Part shown: in pieces, positions 62,849-64,000 of the stretch
Position numbering within the stretch: position 1 is the first letter of the stretch
Layout: every line of letters starts with the position of its first letter
Assembly: GCA_016206085.1 (NCBI GenBank)
Contig: JACQSF010000022.1
Location: 3,191-67,190 of the forward strand
DNA: 64,000 bases
Reading direction: 5' to 3'
DNA from: Candidatus Uhrbacteria bacterium
Lineage (GTDB): Bacteria; Patescibacteriota; Patescibacteriia; UBA9934; GWF2-40-263
Notes under the pieces: generated by a model
What the model was told of the DNA's origin: nothing
Seen by the model: only the letters and a program-made list of their open reading frames with translations
The model's database searches: none
Made by a program: the position numbers and the translations under genes

Positions 62849-63559
62849 ATGAAAGGTAGATTCATCATTGTCGATGGACTCACGGGCTCGGGAAAATCCA
62901 CCATCATGGATGCGGTAACGGATTGGGCCGCCCAGTGCGGTCATCGTATTTTCCGACTGCACGACTGGAAGGAATCCGCCCCTCCTCGCTTTGAGGACAT
63001 TCCTGACTACGATGTCTACTTCACGTATGAGCCGACACGAAGTTGGGTTGGAGCTGCGATCCGCTACGAACTTTCGCAGACAGACAAACCGTATGGAGGC
63101 GAGGAGCTCGCGCATGCGTTTGCCCTAGACCGAGAACTTAACTACCGACGTCTGATTCTTCCCGCGCTCGAGGCAGGAAAAATCGTCATTCAGGATCGTG
63201 GAGTTTCAAGCTCGATTGTCTACCAACCAGTCATGCCAAACTCCGTTCCTCTTGAGACGATCCTCGCGCTGCCAGGAAACAAACTTGCGCTTGAGCATGC
63301 TCCCAACGCGCTTATCCTCACCAAACTTCCCGCCACCGTGGCATATGAGCGAATTGCGAGCCGTTCTGATGAGAACAAAGGAGTTTTCGCCGATCTGAAC
63401 TTTTTGAAGCAGCAGGAGGAACGATTTGCCGCTCCCTGGTTCCGCGAGTTATTTGAGCAACGAGGAACAAGCGTGTTTGAACTGGACACAAGCGGGACAT
63501 TGGATGAGAGCCATCGCCGAGCCACAGACCTTATCAATCACATTTTGACTACGTGCTGA
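62849..63559 (+). CDS. tmk: Thymidylate (dTMP) kinase-like protein
   Basis: MKGRFIIVDGLTGSGKST (P-loop), a DRY-like region and a lid. The start is moved 2 codons relative to the track (see promoter). Confidence 0.75.
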   Translation: MKGRFIIVDGLTGSGKSTIMDAVTDWAAQCGHRIFRLHDWKESAPPRFEDIPDYDVYFTYEPTRSWVGAAIRYELSQTDKPYGGEELAHAFALDRELNYRRLILPALEAGKIVIQDRGVSSSIVYQPVMPNSVPLETILALPGNKLALEHAPNALILTKLPATVAYERIASRSDENKGVFADLNFLKQQEERFAAPWFRELFEQRGTSVFELDTSGTLDESHRRATDLINHILTTC

Positions 63560-63567
63560 GCGGACAC

Positions 63568-64000
63568 ATGGGGAAAATTGTTGCGTTGAAACAATTTTTC
63601 TCATGCGTCCGCGAACTTAATTGCCAACATATGCCAAAACCGCTCCTTTCTGTCGGAGAACTCATTGACCAGTCGTGGGAAGTGTTTCGCTCACGCATGC
63701 CTGAACTCCTCAGTATTTCTGGATGGCTCCTCGCCACCGCTATCCTGTTTGCGATCGCCCTGGCGTTTTACCCTTCAGCCTCCAAGCTCTCCCTGGGAGC
63801 CGATCTCACGAACCTTGAAACAATAGGTGTGCTTCTTTTCTCGTTCACAAGCTTCATCATCACTCCCATCTTAAGTTTCTGGATCTACATTGCGCTGACT
63901 AAGGCGTTGGGCGCTCACTTCGACCGAAAAACCGTTGTGGCGAAGACAGCCATGCGTGAAGTGAAACCCTCCTTCTTTCCGACACTCCTTACATCCGTCA
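63568..64000 (+). CDS. Multi-pass membrane protein, 3' end outside the window
   Basis: My own translation from ATG 63568 (or ATG 63631, MPKPLLSVGELIDQSWEVF...). It continues open to nt 64000 with TM helices LLATAILFAIALAFY and IGVLLFSFTSFIITPILSFWIYIAL. Confidence 0.5.
   Translation, partial: MGKIVALKQFFSCVRELNCQHMPKPLLSVGELIDQSWEVFRSRMPELLSISGWLLATAILFAIALAFYPSASKLSLGADLTNLETIGVLLFSFTSFIITPILSFWIYIALTKALGAHFDRKTVVAKTAMREVKPSFFPTLLTSV

Overview
This window is a compact, gene-dense bacterial chromosome segment of roughly 50% G+C, with many 1-14 nt gene overlaps. The gene content suggests a Patescibacteria/CPR-like genome; this is an inference, not a database result. That content includes DUF4012, DUF3048 and DUF4015-type proteins, an archaeal-type UMP kinase, short TsaB and EF-Ts, many small membrane-anchored orphans, apparent leaderless starts, and palindromic repeats sitting in-frame inside genes. 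The backbone holds two GT2 glycosyltransferases, rplJ-rplL, xseA-xseB, metK, lexA plus a dinB operon, malic enzyme, pcrA, mltG and nth. It also holds the glycolytic block gpmI-eno-pgk-(DoxX)-gap, tsf-rpsB, queA, rpmE-prfA-prmC, rplY, ftsW/rodA, gyrB, secE-nusG-(methyltransferase)-rplK-rplA, and a dTTP-synthesis neighbourhood (dcd, dCMP-deaminase-like, DHFR-like, thyA, tmk). I found no rRNA, tRNA, CRISPR array, integrase or transposase. Main anomalies: (1) Four GC-rich single-gene cassettes of unrecognisable function (15567-17177, 29010-29240, 48285-49286, 55056-56228). All are on the + strand, each with its own sigma70-like promoter and hairpin terminator, dropped exactly into intergenic gaps. 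(2) A three-gene operon (57146-61201) ending in a 1136-aa membrane protein with three FtsK-gamma-like winged-helix domains but no translocase motor. (3) At least three short palindromic or tandem repeat families, some inserted in-frame in DHFR-like, queA, enolase and a glycoside-hydrolase-like gene. (4) A phased GTTC-N7-GTTC / GAAC-N7-GAAC operator-like array on the lexA promoter, and two overlapping mini-ORFs ahead of dinB. (5) Long perfect or near-perfect inverted repeats at nth/PAP2 and between thyA and tmk. All functional calls rest on motif recognition by eye; no searches were run.
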